A DNA stretch of 64,000 nt from Chloroflexota bacterium (GTDB taxonomy: Bacteria; Chloroflexota; Dehalococcoidia; UBA2979): contig CANMOP010000010.1 of assembly GCA_947499615.1 (NCBI GenBank), positions 2,306-66,305 of the forward strand. The letters are read 5' to 3'. The position numbers were made by a program, and so were the translations under genes. Positions 10,321-19,570 of the stretch are shown here, piece by piece. Under the pieces are notes generated by a model, which was not told the DNA's origin, did not search any database, and saw only the letters and a list, made by a program, of their open reading frames with translations. Each line of letters starts with the position of its first letter. Position 1 is the stretch's first letter.

Positions 10321-11442
10321 TCCACTCCCTCAGCCAGCACCATCTGGCTACGCAGATAGGCGGTGATGAACTCGTCGATCTCGCCATCGAGGACGGCGGC
10401 GGTGTCGCTGGTCTCTGCGCTGGTGCGCAGATCCTTCACCATTCTGTACGGTTGAAGTACGTAGGATCGGATCTGATTGCCCCAACCGGCCTCGATATGT
10501 ACGCCCTTCAGCGCCAGACGCTCCAGCTCGCGACGCTCCAATTCGCGCGCGACCAACCGCGAGCTCAGCACCTGCATGGCCACCTCGCGGTTCTGGGCCT
10601 GCGACCGCTCATTCTGGCAGGTGACTACGATACCGCTTGCCAGGTGGGTGATGCGGACAGCGGTGTCGTTCTTCTGCACGTTCTGGCCGCCGTGCCCGCC
10701 CGCCTTGTAGGTGTCCACGCGGATGTCCTCCGGGCGGATCTCCACCGAGGGGTCGGTCGCCTCGATCTCGGGCAACACCTCCACCAACGCGAACGAGGTG
10801 TGGCGCGCGTGCGCTGAGTCGAACGGGGAGATGCGTACCAGCCGATGCACGCCGCGCTCGGAGCGCAGCAACCCGTAGGCGTTCTCGCCCTCGATACGGA
10901 TGCTGGCGCTCTTGATGCCGGCTTCTTCGCCGGAGGTGATGGAGAGGATCTCGGAGCGCATCCCGCGCCGCTCGGCCCATCGGAGGTAGAGCCGCAGCAG
11001 CATCTCCGCCCAGTCCTGTGCCTCGGTGCCGCCCGCGCCCGCGTGCACATCCAGCACCGCGTTGTGGTCGTCGTACTCCCCGCCGAGGGTGAGCGCGACC
11101 TCGAGGCTGGAGAACTGGCGCTCCAGGCCCGTGACCTCGGTACCCAGCTCGGCGAGCAGCGCCGCCTGCTCCTCGCCGGCCGCCTCCGCGGCGAGCTCGA
11201 GCATGGCCTCGGCGTCATCGATGGCACGTGCGAGCGTGGCCCAGGTGCGGGAGGTGACCTCCAGGCGGGCAACACGCTTCATCAGCGCCTGTGCGCGCTG
11301 CGGCTCGGACCAGAGGTCGGGGTCCTCGGTCTGGGAGCGGAGGTCAGCTAACTCGCGGTCGAGCGCGGGCAGGTCAAAGTCGCACCTGAACATCCCGCAC
11401 TCTGGCCTGCAACTCGGCGATCCGTGCTCTAAGTTCGTCCAT
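10317..11442 (-). CDS. prfB: Peptide chain release factor 2 (programmed +1 frameshift)
   Basis: SPF and GGQ motifs; a 22-codon first frame MDELRARIAELQARVRDVQVRL ends at CTT-TGA-C and continues DLPALD in the +1 frame. Confidence 0.96.
11373..11387 (-). promoter_or_regulatory. RF2 autoregulatory +1 frameshift site
   Basis: Minus strand AGGTG-CGA-CTT-TGA-C: internal SD-like sequence, 3-nt spacer, canonical CUU UGA C. Confidence 0.92.
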
Positions 11443-11479
11443 GCACCTATGTTCTCACGCGGGGGGCGGGAGGTGCGAG

Positions 11480-12358
11480 TTACCCGCCGACTGCCGCCTT
11501 CAGCGTGTTGGCGAGCAGCATGGCGATGGTCATCGGGCCGACGCCGCCGGGAACCGGGCTGATCGCGCCGGCGACTTCTTTCACCGCATCGAAGTCCACG
11601 TCTCCCGCGAGGCGGAAGCCAGACTTCGTGCCGGGGGCTTCGACGCGGTTCGTGCCGACATCGATGACGACGGCGCCGGGACGGACCATGTCGGCGGTGA
11701 CGGTGCGCAGTCGACCGGCGGCGACGATGAGGATCTCGGCCTCGCGGGTGACGGCACCGAGGTCGCGCGTGCCGGTGTGCGCGATGGTGACTGTCGCGTT
11801 GCCGCCGGGCGCCTTGTTGCCGAGCAGCAGCGCCAGCGGCTTCCCGACCAGCATCGACCGGCCGACGACGACGACGCGCGCGCCCGCCGGATCGACCCCG
11901 GAGCGCAGCAGCATCTGCTGCACGCCCGCCGGGGTGCACGGCACCATCACGGGCTCGCCCTGCACCAGCCGCCCGAGGCTGATCGGGTGCAGGCCGTCCA
12001 CGTCCTTGTCGGGGTCCAGCGCGGTCATCACCGCAATCTCGTCGAGGCCCGCGGGAAGCGGAGTCTGCACCAGGATGCCGGAGACCGCCGGGTCAGCGTT
12101 CAGGCGCGCCACCTCGGCCAATAGTTCGGCCATCGAGGTAGTCGCGGGCAGCCGCAGCGTGTCGGAGGTCATGCCGACCTCGGTGCAGGCGGCGCCCTTG
12201 TTGCGGACGTAGGTCTGCGAGGCGGGGTCGTCGCCGACGAGCACGGCGGTGAGATGGGGTGGTCGGCCGCCGGCAGCGACGTGCGCGCGAACGCGCTCCG
12301 CTACCTCGGCACGCACCTCGGCCGCAATCGCCTTGCCATCGATGATTCGAGCGGTCAC
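11480..12358 (-). CDS. folD: Methylenetetrahydrofolate dehydrogenase/cyclohydrolase
   Basis: IIDGK, KDVDG, PCTP, GRS.LVGKP and [10 protein letters not shown] motifs; GTG start. Confidence 0.96.
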   Translation of the reverse strand: MTARIIDGKAIAAEVRAEVAERVRAHVAAGGRPPHLTAVLVGDDPASQTYVRNKGAACTEVGMTSDTLRLPATTSMAELLAEVARLNADPAVSGILVQTPLPAGLDEIAVMTALDPDKDVDGLHPISLGRLVQGEPVMVPCTPAGVQQMLLRSGVDPAGARVVVVGRSMLVGKPLALLLGNKAPGGNATVTIAHTGTRDLGAVTREAEILIVAAGRLRTVTADMVRPGAVVIDVGTNRVEAPGTKSGFRLAGDVDFDAVKEVAGAISPVPGGVGPMTIAMLLANTLKAAVGG

Positions 12359-12398
12359 GCGGGGAGTATGGCACGGGCGCGTGCTAGAATCGCGGCCC
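12359..12398. promoter_or_regulatory. Back-to-back extended -10 promoters, probably leaderless (folD/acpS)
   Basis: TG-c-TAGAAT at 12385-12390, 8 nt before the acpS GTG; TG-c-CATACT on the minus strand, 6 nt before the folD GTG; no SD. Confidence 0.6.
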
Positions 12399-12842
12399 GT
12401 GAGTACCCATGCCGTTGGCGTCGACATGATCGAGACCACCCGCGTCCGCGAGGTGCTGGAGAAGCACCCGGAGCGGTTCCTCTCGCGCGTCTTCACACCG
12501 GAGGAAGTCGCGTTCTGCCGCGGACGCGTGCAGGAGCTCGCAGCCCGCTTCGCCGCCAAAGAGGCCGTGATGAAGGCGCTCGGCACCGGGGCGCGCTCCG
12601 TCGGCTGGCGTGAGATCGAGGTGCTGCCGGACCGCCGAGGCAAGCCGCTGGTCTACCTCTACGGCGGCGCTCTGGAACGCGCGGGCACGATTGGCCTCGA
12701 AGCGATCGATATCTCGCTGAGCCATCTCGCGGACATGTCGATCGCGGTCGTGGTGTGCACGCAGCAGATCCTCGAGCAGGATCCCGCCGCCGCCCGGGAG
12801 CGCCTCGTCGCCCGTCTGCGCGAACGCGGGCTGCTCGCATGA
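12399..12842 (+). CDS. acpS: Holo-[acyl-carrier-protein] synthase
   Basis: [24 protein letters not shown] and ISLSH motifs. Confidence 0.93.
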   Translation: MSTHAVGVDMIETTRVREVLEKHPERFLSRVFTPEEVAFCRGRVQELAARFAAKEAVMKALGTGARSVGWREIEVLPDRRGKPLVYLYGGALERAGTIGLEAIDISLSHLADMSIAVVVCTQQILEQDPAAARERLVARLRERGLLA

Positions 12843-12903
12843 GGGCCGGGCCGCCAGCGGCCTCTATTGGGCGCGGCCTCGGTGTTCGCGCCGTGAGGTT
12901 CCG

Positions 12904-14496
12904 ATGAAGCTCGTGACGGTGGCGCAGATGCGCGCGCTGGAGGCGGCCACCGAGGCGACCGGCATCTCGACCGCGACGCTGATGGAGCGCGCGGGAGTGT
13001 CCGCGGGGCAAGAAGCCTGGATGGTGGTCAATCAGAGCGACCAGCGACCGGTGCTGGTGCTCGCCGGCCCCGGCAACAACGGCGGCGATGGCATCGTCGC
13101 CGCTCGGCACCTGCACGAGATGGGCGCGACCGTCCACCTCTACCTGCTGCGCCCACGCGCCGACGATGACCCGGTCTGGCGCGAGGGACGCGAACTGGGC
13201 GTGCCCGCATCGACGGCCGCCGGGGACCCCGACTTCGAACAACTGGACGCGATGCTGCGCGAGGCGAGTTGCGTACTGGATGCGGTGCTTGGCACCGGCG
13301 GCGGACGTGCCATCGAGGGCGATTTCGCCGCGGTACTCGACCGCGTGCGTGAGGCGCAGGAACGCGTGTCGAAGCCGGGCGGGCCGCTGACCGTGATCGC
13401 GCTCGACCTGCCGAGCGGCGTCGACGCCGATACCGGCACGGCCGACCCGCACACGGTACGCGCAGACATGACGGTCTGCTTCGGGCACGTGAAGGTCGGG
13501 CTGTACCAACTCCCCGCCCGTGAGTTGTGTGGCGAGATCATCCCGATCGACATCGGCATCCCGGCCGCGCTCTCCGCTGACCTGCCGTACGAAGAGATCG
13601 ACGCGCGCACGACACGACTCGCCGCGCCCCCGCGCCCCCTCGGAGCGAACAAGGGAACCTTCGGGCGCGCGACGATCGCCGCAGGTTCGCTGCGCTATCC
13701 CGGCGCCCCGCGACTGGCCGCCGAGGCGTGCGCGCGCAGCGGCGCGGGCCTGACCGCACTCGCGTTGCCCGATGTTGTGCAACCGCTGGTCGCCCCCTCG
13801 TTCCCCGACGCGATTCACGAGCCGCTGCCCTCGGCGGCTGGCGCGATGCGCGGCGCCGAGGCTGCCCGCGTGTTGCTGCGTGCGCTGCCCGGGACAGACG
13901 CGCTGCTGGTCGGACCGGGGTTGGAGCACACCGTCGCGACCGAGGAGTTCGTCCGCTCACTGCTGGCCGGCCTGGACGGCATCGATGGGTTGCGCGCGGT
14001 GGTGCTGGACGCGGACGCGCTGAACGTACTTGCTGGGCATCCCGCCACCGGCGGTCAGGGCGGGTGGCCGGACTGGTCCGCCGTGCCCCGCGTGCTCACC
14101 CCCCACCCCGGCGAGATGGCTCGTCTGCTGCGCTGCACCGTCGCCGAGGTGCAGGCTCACCGCCTCGATCGCGCGGTGGAGTACGCGCGCGCCACACGAA
14201 GCACCGTCGTGCTGAAGGGTGCGGGCACCATCGTGGCCGCGCCGGACGGTCGGGCGCGCGTCTCCCCCATCGCGAATCCGATGCTGGCGACGGGCGGCAC
14301 CGGTGATGTGCTGGCTGGCCTGATCGTCGGATTCATCGCCCAAGGCCTCGATCCGTTCGAGGCAGCCTCGGCGGCGGTGTATGTGCACGCGGAGTGCGGA
14401 GCACAGGTCGCGCAGGAGCGCGGCGCCGCCGCGGGGCTCGCCCAGGACCTGCTATCCGTGCTGCCGACAGTGCGCCGTGCGTTAGATGGAGATTAA
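12904..14496 (+). CDS. nnr: Bifunctional NAD(P)HX epimerase/dehydratase (YjeF)
   Basis: GPGNNGGDG, DLPSG, LDADAL, LTPHPGEM and GGTGDVL motifs. Confidence 0.93.
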   Translation: MKLVTVAQMRALEAATEATGISTATLMERAGVSAGQEAWMVVNQSDQRPVLVLAGPGNNGGDGIVAARHLHEMGATVHLYLLRPRADDDPVWREGRELGVPASTAAGDPDFEQLDAMLREASCVLDAVLGTGGGRAIEGDFAAVLDRVREAQERVSKPGGPLTVIALDLPSGVDADTGTADPHTVRADMTVCFGHVKVGLYQLPARELCGEIIPIDIGIPAALSADLPYEEIDARTTRLAAPPRPLGANKGTFGRATIAAGSLRYPGAPRLAAEACARSGAGLTALALPDVVQPLVAPSFPDAIHEPLPSAAGAMRGAEAARVLLRALPGTDALLVGPGLEHTVATEEFVRSLLAGLDGIDGLRAVVLDADALNVLAGHPATGGQGGWPDWSAVPRVLTPHPGEMARLLRCTVAEVQAHRLDRAVEYARATRSTVVLKGAGTIVAAPDGRARVSPIANPMLATGGTGDVLAGLIVGFIAQGLDPFEAASAAVYVHAECGAQVAQERGAAAGLAQDLLSVLPTVRRALDGD

Positions 14497-14629
14497 CGCG
14501 TGTACTCGACTGCTCTGATACCATCACCTCACGCGACAGGTTCGCGCGGCGCCTGAAGTTCTGGCGGTGGGTTGGCCCTGCCGTTGACGTGATTTCCCGC
14601 GCGCGCACCGTCCGATGGAGGTTCGGGGC

Positions 14630-15646
14630 GTGACAGACACTCCCACCACCGGCACTGCTCCCACCGACGAGCCGGACACGGATCCGCTCGCGTTGCTGTT
14701 CCCTGGCCAGGGTTCGCAGGCTCCCGGCATGGGCCGTCGTGTCTTCGAGCACTCGGGCGCGGCGCGCGAGGTGTTCGCCGAGGCGAGCGAGTACACCCAC
14801 CTCGACATCGCGGCGATCTGCTTCGAGGGGGACGCGGACTCGCTGGCGGAGACTACCTACACACAGCCCGCCGTCGTCACCACTTCGATCGCGATCATCG
14901 CAGCGATGCGCGAGAAGTTGCACGAGGTCGGCCAGCGCGTGCGGCCACGCCTGTTCGGCGGGCACTCGCTCGGGCTGTTCAGCGCCGCCGTCGCCGCCGA
15001 GGCGCTCACCTTCCGCGATGCCCTGTTCATGGTGCTGGAGCGTTCGAAGCTGATGAGCAGCTTCAACAGCGCGCGACCAGTCGGCATGGCCTCGATCATC
15101 GGTCTCGACGCGGAGGCGGTGCGCGCGATCTGCGTGGACGCGACCTTGTCGCCGGCGGACCGTGTGGACGTGGCGAACTACAACCTGGACAACCAGACCG
15201 TGATCAGCGGCGACCTGGCTGCGCTTGAGCGCGGGATGGAACGAGCCCGCGCTCAGCAGGGCAAGGTCATCCAGTTGAAGGTGAAGGTCTCCTCCCACAC
15301 GCCGCTGCATGTGGATCAGGCGCAGGCGTTCGCCCAGATGATCCACGAAGTTCCCATCGCGGATCCGCAACGCCCCATCGTCTCCAATCGCAGCTCGGAG
15401 CTCCTGCGCACCGGCGCCGAGCTGCGATTGGAGTTCGAGCAGCAGCTCTGCTCGCCGGTGTACTGGGCGGACAATGTCCGCCGCATGTGCCGCGAGGGCG
15501 TGGACACCTTCGTCGAGGTCGGCCCGGGGCACGTGCTCGCGCGGATGGTGAAGCGCATCTCAGACAGCCTGATCACGGTCTCCCTCGACGATGCCGAGGT
15601 GGAGCCGATCCCGATCTCCATCCTGCCAGCGGAACTGGCGCGCTAG
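14630..15646 (+). CDS. fabD: Malonyl-CoA:ACP transacylase
   Basis: FPGQGSQ, TQPA, GHSLG, SHT and EVGPG motifs; GGAGG RBS before the GTG. Confidence 0.9.
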   Translation: MTDTPTTGTAPTDEPDTDPLALLFPGQGSQAPGMGRRVFEHSGAAREVFAEASEYTHLDIAAICFEGDADSLAETTYTQPAVVTTSIAIIAAMREKLHEVGQRVRPRLFGGHSLGLFSAAVAAEALTFRDALFMVLERSKLMSSFNSARPVGMASIIGLDAEAVRAICVDATLSPADRVDVANYNLDNQTVISGDLAALERGMERARAQQGKVIQLKVKVSSHTPLHVDQAQAFAQMIHEVPIADPQRPIVSNRSSELLRTGAELRLEFEQQLCSPVYWADNVRRMCREGVDTFVEVGPGHVLARMVKRISDSLITVSLDDAEVEPIPISILPAELAR

Positions 15647-15649
15647 CCC

Positions 15650-16888
15650 ATGCGTCGCGTCGTCGTCACCGGCATCGGGCTGATCACGCCGCTCGGCAAC
15701 GACACCGCCTCGACGTGGGATGGCCTGGTCGCGGGGCGCTCTGGCATCGGCTACGTCACGAACTTCGACGCGTCGATGTACGAGTTCCCGATTGCCGGCG
15801 AGGTGCGCGGGTTCGAACCGGAGCGCTTTGTCGATGCAAAGCTGCTGCGCCGCATCGACCGCTCGTCGGCGCTGGCACTGGCCGCGACGCGTCTCGCCGT
15901 CGACGACTCGCAACTCGATGTCTCGTCGCTGCCGCCGGACAGCATCGGCTGCGTCCTCGGCACCGGCATGGGCGGCGCACACCTGCTGATCGAGAATCAG
16001 CGACTGTTCGATGAGAAGGGCCCACGCCGGGTCAGCCCGTTCATGGTCACCAGCATGCTGCCCGACACCGCCACCGGTCTGGTGGCGATCACGCTGGGCG
16101 TGCGCGGCCCGAACTTCGCGATCACCGCTGCCTGCGCGACCGGCGGCGCGGCCCTCGGCGAGTGTGCCGAGGTCATCGCGCGCGGCGACGCCGATGTGAT
16201 GATTGGCGGTGGCTTCGAGGCGCCACTGCGCCCGATCTACTACGCGGGCTTCCACGCCATGCGCGCCCTGGCGGAGCACGCCGACCCGACACAAGCGTCC
16301 CGCCCGTTCGACAAGGACCGCAACGGCTTCGTCATCTCCGAGGGCGCCGGCATCCTGATCCTCGAGGAATTGGAGCACGCGCTCGCTCGCGGGGCGCGCA
16401 TCTACGCCGAGTGGAAGGGCGCGGGCACCTCCAACGACGCGTTCGATATGGTTGCCGCCGCCGAGGATGGCCGCGGCATCGCGGGCGCGATTCAGCGTTC
16501 CCTCCGCCGCGCCGACCTCGCACCTGACGCCATCGATTATGTCAATGCGCACGGCACCGGCACCCCGCTCAACGACCGAGTGGAGACGCACGCCCTGCAC
16601 TCGGTGTTTGGCGATCACGCGGCACGACTGTTGGTGTCGTCGACGAAGTCGATGACCGGTCACATGATGGGCGCCGCGGGAGCCGTCGAGGGCGCCGTGG
16701 CCGCCCTCACCTGCCACTACCAGGTGGTGCCACCCACCATCAACTACACCACGCCCGACCCGGACTGCGACCTTGATTACGTGCCCAACGAGGCGCGACA
16801 CGCGACCATCCGAAACGCGATGAGCACCTCGGTGGGGCTCGGCGGGCACAACTCCTCGATCATCTTCGGACGCTGGGAGGGTGCGTAA
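15650..16888 (+). CDS. fabF: 3-oxoacyl-ACP synthase II (copy 1)
   Basis: RRVVVTGIG, AACATG, NAHGTGT and KSMTGH; Cys-His-His triad intact. Confidence 0.92.
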   Translation: MRRVVVTGIGLITPLGNDTASTWDGLVAGRSGIGYVTNFDASMYEFPIAGEVRGFEPERFVDAKLLRRIDRSSALALAATRLAVDDSQLDVSSLPPDSIGCVLGTGMGGAHLLIENQRLFDEKGPRRVSPFMVTSMLPDTATGLVAITLGVRGPNFAITAACATGGAALGECAEVIARGDADVMIGGGFEAPLRPIYYAGFHAMRALAEHADPTQASRPFDKDRNGFVISEGAGILILEELEHALARGARIYAEWKGAGTSNDAFDMVAAAEDGRGIAGAIQRSLRRADLAPDAIDYVNAHGTGTPLNDRVETHALHSVFGDHAARLLVSSTKSMTGHMMGAAGAVEGAVAALTCHYQVVPPTINYTTPDPDCDLDYVPNEARHATIRNAMSTSVGLGGHNSSIIFGRWEGA

Positions 16889-18144
16889 TGACTACTGCCT
16901 ATGAGCCGCGACGCGTCGTGGTGACGGGGGTCGGCCTTGTGACGGCCGTCGGGAACACGCGCGAGGAGACGTGGGCGGCGCTGCTGGCCGGCAAGAACGG
17001 CATCGTGCCGGTGACGCTATGCGACACGGATGGCCTCGCCTCGCGCATCGCGGGTGAGGTTCAGGGGTTCGACCCGCTGAACTTCATCGACCGCAAGGAC
17101 GCGCGGCGCATGGACCGCTTCGTGCAACTGGCCGTCGCCGCGACCGCCGAGGCGCTGGCGCACTCCGGCCTCGACGTGGCAGCGAACGCCGACCAGGTGG
17201 GCGTGATGATCGGCGCCGGGATCGGCGGGCTCACCACGCTGGAGGAGCAGTTCCACACGCTGTTCGAGAAAGGCCCGGACCGCATCTCGCCGTTTCTGGT
17301 GCCGATGTTCATCTCGGACATGGCGGCCGGGCAGGTCTCGATCCAGTTCGGCGCGCGCGGGCCCAACTACAACACGGTCTCGGCGTGCGCCTCCGGCGCG
17401 GACGCGCTGGGCACCGCCCTCGAGGTGATCCGCCGCGGCGACGCGGTGGCGATGCTGGCCGGCGGCGCGGAGTCGGCGATCACGCGCATGGGGCTCGCCT
17501 CCTTCGCCGCGTCGCGCGCGCTCTCGACGAAGCGCAACAACGACCCGGAGCACGCGAGCCGGCCGTACGACCTGCATCGCGACGGCTTCGTACTCGCCGA
17601 GGGTGCGGCCACCCTCGTGCTGGAGGACCTGGAGTTCGCGCAGGCGCGCGGCGCGACGATCCTCGCGGAGTTCATGTCCTACGGGCAGTCGGCGGACGCG
17701 TTCCACGTCACGCAGCCCTCCGAGAACGGCGAGGGCGCGGCGCGCGCGATGCAGATCGCCCTGCGCAAGGCGGGCATCGCCGCCAGCGCAATCAACTACA
17801 TCAACCCGCACGGCACCAGCACGCCACTGAACGACAAGTTCGAGACGATGTCGGTGAAGGCGGTGTTCGGCGAGGCGGCGCGCGGCATCCCGATGTCGTC
17901 GACGAAGTCGATGGTCGGGCACAGCCTCGGCGCGTGCGGCGGCATCGAGGCGGGCGTGACGGTGCTATCGCTGCGCGACCAGCGCATCCACCCGACGCGC
18001 AACCTCATCGTCCCCGACCCGGACTGCGACCTCGACTACGTCCCGGAGGGCCCTCGCGACCTCGCCATCGAGTACGCGATGTCCAACTCGCTGGGCTTCG
18101 GCGGCCACAACTCGAGTCTCATTTTCAGGCGGTGGGGCGAGTAG
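16888..18144 (+). CDS. fabF: 3-oxoacyl-ACP synthase II (copy 2)
   Basis: RRVVVTG, SACASG, NPHGTST, KSMVGH and SLGFGGHN; start overlaps the copy 1 stop. Confidence 0.93.
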   Translation: MTTAYEPRRVVVTGVGLVTAVGNTREETWAALLAGKNGIVPVTLCDTDGLASRIAGEVQGFDPLNFIDRKDARRMDRFVQLAVAATAEALAHSGLDVAANADQVGVMIGAGIGGLTTLEEQFHTLFEKGPDRISPFLVPMFISDMAAGQVSIQFGARGPNYNTVSACASGADALGTALEVIRRGDAVAMLAGGAESAITRMGLASFAASRALSTKRNNDPEHASRPYDLHRDGFVLAEGAATLVLEDLEFAQARGATILAEFMSYGQSADAFHVTQPSENGEGAARAMQIALRKAGIAASAINYINPHGTSTPLNDKFETMSVKAVFGEAARGIPMSSTKSMVGHSLGACGGIEAGVTVLSLRDQRIHPTRNLIVPDPDCDLDYVPEGPRDLAIEYAMSNSLGFGGHNSSLIFRRWGE

Positions 18145-19441
18145 GGGGGTTCCGCTCGAAAGCGTCTCGGAAGAGACGTTGCACTCCCAGAGCACGGGCA
18201 ACCAGTGCCGCAGCCACCCACGCCAGACTTTCGTATTCGGCGTTCCTTGTCTCCGGATCCGCCGACAAGCGCCCCGAGTGCACCTATTCGTTACGGACGC
18301 GAATTGCCCTGTAGGCGGCGGAATGCCGGGACGCAGCGTTCCCACCAATCGCAGCCCGGCTCATCACGTTCGACAACACGCGACGGAGCGGCACACGCTC
18401 CAGTTGCAGTAGGAGCCCCTCGATCCGCGAAAGCATTCCGTTTCTTAGGTTCGCGTCCCCGATCCTGTCGCTTAGCACGAGGCGACTGGCTTCGAGCAAT
18501 TCAGCCCGTAACGTCGGGGGAATCTCGGACGACGCTTCCGCCGCGACATATCGACGCGCGACGGCTGGCAAGATCGCATCGATAAGGCTCGCTGCCGACA
18601 GCGAACACACCTCGATAACCGAATCCCAACTGCACGCTTCGAGGTAATGATGAATCCACCCGCGCATTCGGGTTTTTTCAGGCTCCGGGAGTCCTAGATA
18701 CCGATCGAGCATCTCCTGACAATCCCAGCGTACCGAACGAAAAGCAAGGGGATGCCGCGCTCTCCGCGTTGTTCGCCGACTCCGTAGCTCGGTGAATAGG
18801 ATCGCCCCCTCCACAAAGAAGTCTAGTTGGTAGAAGCTCCCGAGATTGCCCGACTCGAGCGAGAGGACAGTGGTGAGCGAATCTACGCAGTCGGCGAGCA
18901 GCCTCTCGCCCACTCGGCCAGATACGTTCCCATCGTGCGTCTCAAAGAAGCCACCGACGCGTTCGAAAGTCCTTTCGGCCTCGTCCCGACCGACCAACGG
19001 GGCAACGACAATAGGCAGTCCCGCAGCTTGAATCGCAGACGCGCGGCCAAAGTAGTTGCAGAGGACGAAATCAACGCGATCGGCGACCGCCGGCATCCCG
19101 CGCTCGATGAGAGCCTGATACAGGGGAGCGATCAGGCGTGCCGAGTTGCAGCCGAAGATGCATTCGTTCATCACGACGCCGCTCGTCCAGCGGTTATTCG
19201 AAGAAAGTTGTCCCATGTTCTCAACAGAAACTGTGGCCGTTCGGTCTCCGGAGAGCGTGCCGTGGAACTGCCAGCCCTCATCGTCCATGACGATGTCGTG
19301 GCCACGGGTGCCCAAGATCACCTGGCCGGAAATCAACTGAACTAGCCGGAAGGACACAGGGATCTGTTCCTCACCGCGAAGGAGATAACCGACCCCCTCG
19401 AAGTCGGCGCGCGAGATGCCCAAGCGATCGATGAATTGCAT
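18125..19441 (-). pseudogene. Orphan lower-GC gene, ApeA-like HEPN protein interrupted by an in-frame TAG in the RxxxxH motif
   Basis: The ORF ends ...IRVRNE-TAG(18284-18286), then continues in frame VHSGRLSADPETRNAEYESLAWVAAALVARALG...TGA(18125); atypical codon usage; convergent on fabF. Confidence 0.55.
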
Positions 19442-19570
19442 TGGGTGAAGTCTTCGTTGGTCGCTGGTACGTGCATCGGCACGCGAACCACGGCGCGGAT
19501 ACGAGGATAGCCGCGCTCCACTGCCGCGCGCGATACACTCCCACCAGCCCCTCCCCGGAGCCAACGCCCT

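Noticed and set aside
11443-11455. LexA-like box AGAAC-ATAG-GTGC upstream of prfB
   Set aside because: It is an imperfect match that coincides with the RBS/promoter region, and no such box was seen before dinB.
10317-11939. 540-aa RF2 with a long N-terminal extension
   Set aside because: The real start is 11442 with the canonical CTT-TGA-C +1 frameshift; the extension overlaps folD.
18284-18286. Pyrrolysine or genome-wide TAG recoding as the explanation for the HEPN stop
   Set aside because: Many conserved genes here (ino1, fabD, recJ, trpB) end correctly at TAG, and no pyl genes are visible.
18145-19570. Mobile element boundaries around the HEPN-like gene
   Set aside because: No transposase, integrase, terminal repeats or target-site duplication was found; only a compositional shift is evident.
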